Shown: positions 62,238 to 64,000 of the stretch, in pieces
How the letters are laid out: every line of letters starts with the position of its first letter
Numbering within the stretch: the first letter of the stretch is position 1
Source of the DNA: Schmidtea polychroa
Taxonomy: Eukaryota
DNA length: 64,000 bases
Reading direction: 5' to 3'
Assembly: GCA_044892525.1 (NCBI GenBank)
Contig: CM097885.1
Span: 28,956,001-29,020,000, forward strand
The notes under the pieces: generated by a model
What the model saw: the letters and a program-made list of their open reading frames with translations, nothing else
What the model was told of the DNA's origin: nothing
Database searches by the model: none
Program-made: the position numbers and the translations under genes

Positions 62238-64000
62238 CATAGGTTCTCAATATTTTTTTTCTAGAACCCCTCAATTTTTTAACTTACCACCTGTCGCGAA
62301 TCTGAAATAGCTATTGCAACGATTATATTTAAACGTGTAATTACACTGTAATATTATATGGTCCTATCCTATTTCTGAGTTTAAAGATAAATGTTTCAAT
62401 GAGAACATTTCAAACGCATACTTAATTATATTGAGAAGTATTTTTATTGGCATTCAAAAGTATTGAAGTTATAACTCATCTAGTGAGAAGGTTGAATTTG
62501 ATCCTTTTTAAGGAGTTTGTTAATATCAGGCTCGATTTTACTTAATATGGAGCTGATTTCTCTTTTTAGTTACCAACGTTGCGACAGCACTAAATTCACG
62601 TTCAGCTAAATATGACTATGTGAATGCTATCAGAAATCGTTGAACAATCGACCATAATCGACTTCTGTACCCAAAATTCTTGGTAGCCATTCTTAAATTT
62701 AATTTTTACTTTCTCAGTTGTCGTCTGGTCTACTAGTTCTTCTAACGGGGATGATCCTGCAGTGTTGACATTTAAAAAGACAAACATTTATTAAAATAAA
62801 AACAAAGATTTAATAAATACATCGCCAACAGATGTGTACCTTTAGGGGTCTTTCCCACATCTAGATAATAGATATTAAGTATGCCGTTTTTCGGATGCGG
62901 CCACAATCATATTCCTCGCTTGGGCCACGTCTATCAGTTCTGTCAAACAGGTCTGTCAAATGAGCAATATCATTCTTTGATGAGATGAGGTTGTCACGCA
63001 ATTCTGTGCCTTTGTTTCGTAGGAACTCTATCACAGATTCAAACAGATTGTAAAATCAAGCCAAACAAGTACCTTTTGATAGCCAGCGCACCTCTGGGTT
63101 AAGCAGCAATCGGTTGAAATCTTCATCATTGACAATGCAAAGCAAACTAAATGATCTGTCATTCAACGAGTTACTTCTGATTTTATTAACTGCTCTGATA
63201 ATATATTTCAGTGATGTATGTAGGAGTTCACTCGCAACCAAATAATGACGATGAATTACGCTATGAAGCCTTTATGATTCGTTGTCATAGCTGGCGCGCC
63301 ATCGGTAGCAAATGACAAAATTTTATTAAAATGAATTTATTTTTCGCCACAAAACATTTCCAGTATATTAAATATGGTTTCTCCTGTTGTATCTGTTTCC
63401 AAATTTGTAGCAAACAATAGTTCTTGACATGTTTTCTCATCATTGGTGAATCTCACGTATGCCAATGCTTCATTGGTTGTTAAAGTGGACTCATCAAGCT
63501 GAAATGAAAATTAACAAATCTGCAAATGATTGCACAATGATTCTTCAATGTTTTCAGCCATCAGCACAGAATTATTGCTCAAAAGCATTTTTCGGATAAT
63601 ATCTGCAGATGGTTTATGAATCACAGTGGTTATTACTTTTTTTATTGCCGGTAAAATTAAATCTTTCCAAACAGAATGTGGTTTGCCTGTTTTAGCAATC
63701 AACAATGAGATATTGTACGAAGCTTGGAATCCGTTATCGTAGCTAAGAATTTTGTATTTTTTCATGTCTTGAAAATAGGTTACATCTTTGTCTTTCTTAT
63801 CCGGGTGTATTTTATTAAAAATGATCTTGAAGCCTAGAAGACTTCACCTCTTCATTTGAAAAATATATTTTGAAAAATAAGGCACATTAGTGATGATGGA
63901 CTTGTGGAATTTTCGATAAATCCGTATACACACTATACTGCCAACTCTTCTTTTTTGCTTCCAACATGGTTTTTACTTTATAGGTACATGAGTCAAAGTT
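62238..64000 (-). pseudogene. Buster/ZBED5-like hAT transposase remnant
   Basis: ASYNISLLIAKTGKPH..LILPA..LSNNSV; LLLNPEVRWLSKG; multiple stops and frameshifts. Confidence 0.8.

Overview
AT-rich eukaryotic (metazoan) genomic DNA. The 42-50 nt introns, ATT microsatellites and very large LTR element suggest a planarian-like flatworm, but this is inference only. (1) About 4.9-42.35 kb, minus strand: a giant Ty3/gypsy-type LTR retroelement with a ~4.1 kb LTR (TGTTGG...CCAACA) and a tRNA-Pro-like PBS. Its ~14 kb coding region reads as one decayed polyprotein: Gag (3 CCHC), three ubiquitin-like domains, a Bcl-2-like domain, a chuvirus-type envelope glycoprotein, PR, RT, RNase H, IN, duplicated ankyrin modules and a membrane-anchored tail. 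A separate IAP-type RING ORF lies in the leader and an orphan ORF in the LTR. No 3' LTR is visible. (2) 25.76-41.16 kb: a near-complete Polinton/Maverick (pPolB, PLA2-integrase, ATPase, adenain protease, major and minor capsid, ~1 kb TIRs) inserted in that LTR. It is flanked by a 198 bp direct duplication instead of a 6 bp TSD and carries five tRNA-like A-box/B-box Pol III units. (3) From 43.0 kb onward: a spliced host PWWP-domain (HDGF-related) gene whose introns contain hAT, piggyBac-like MITE, Penelope, MULE and mariner debris. All family assignments come from motif recognition by eye; no searches were run.
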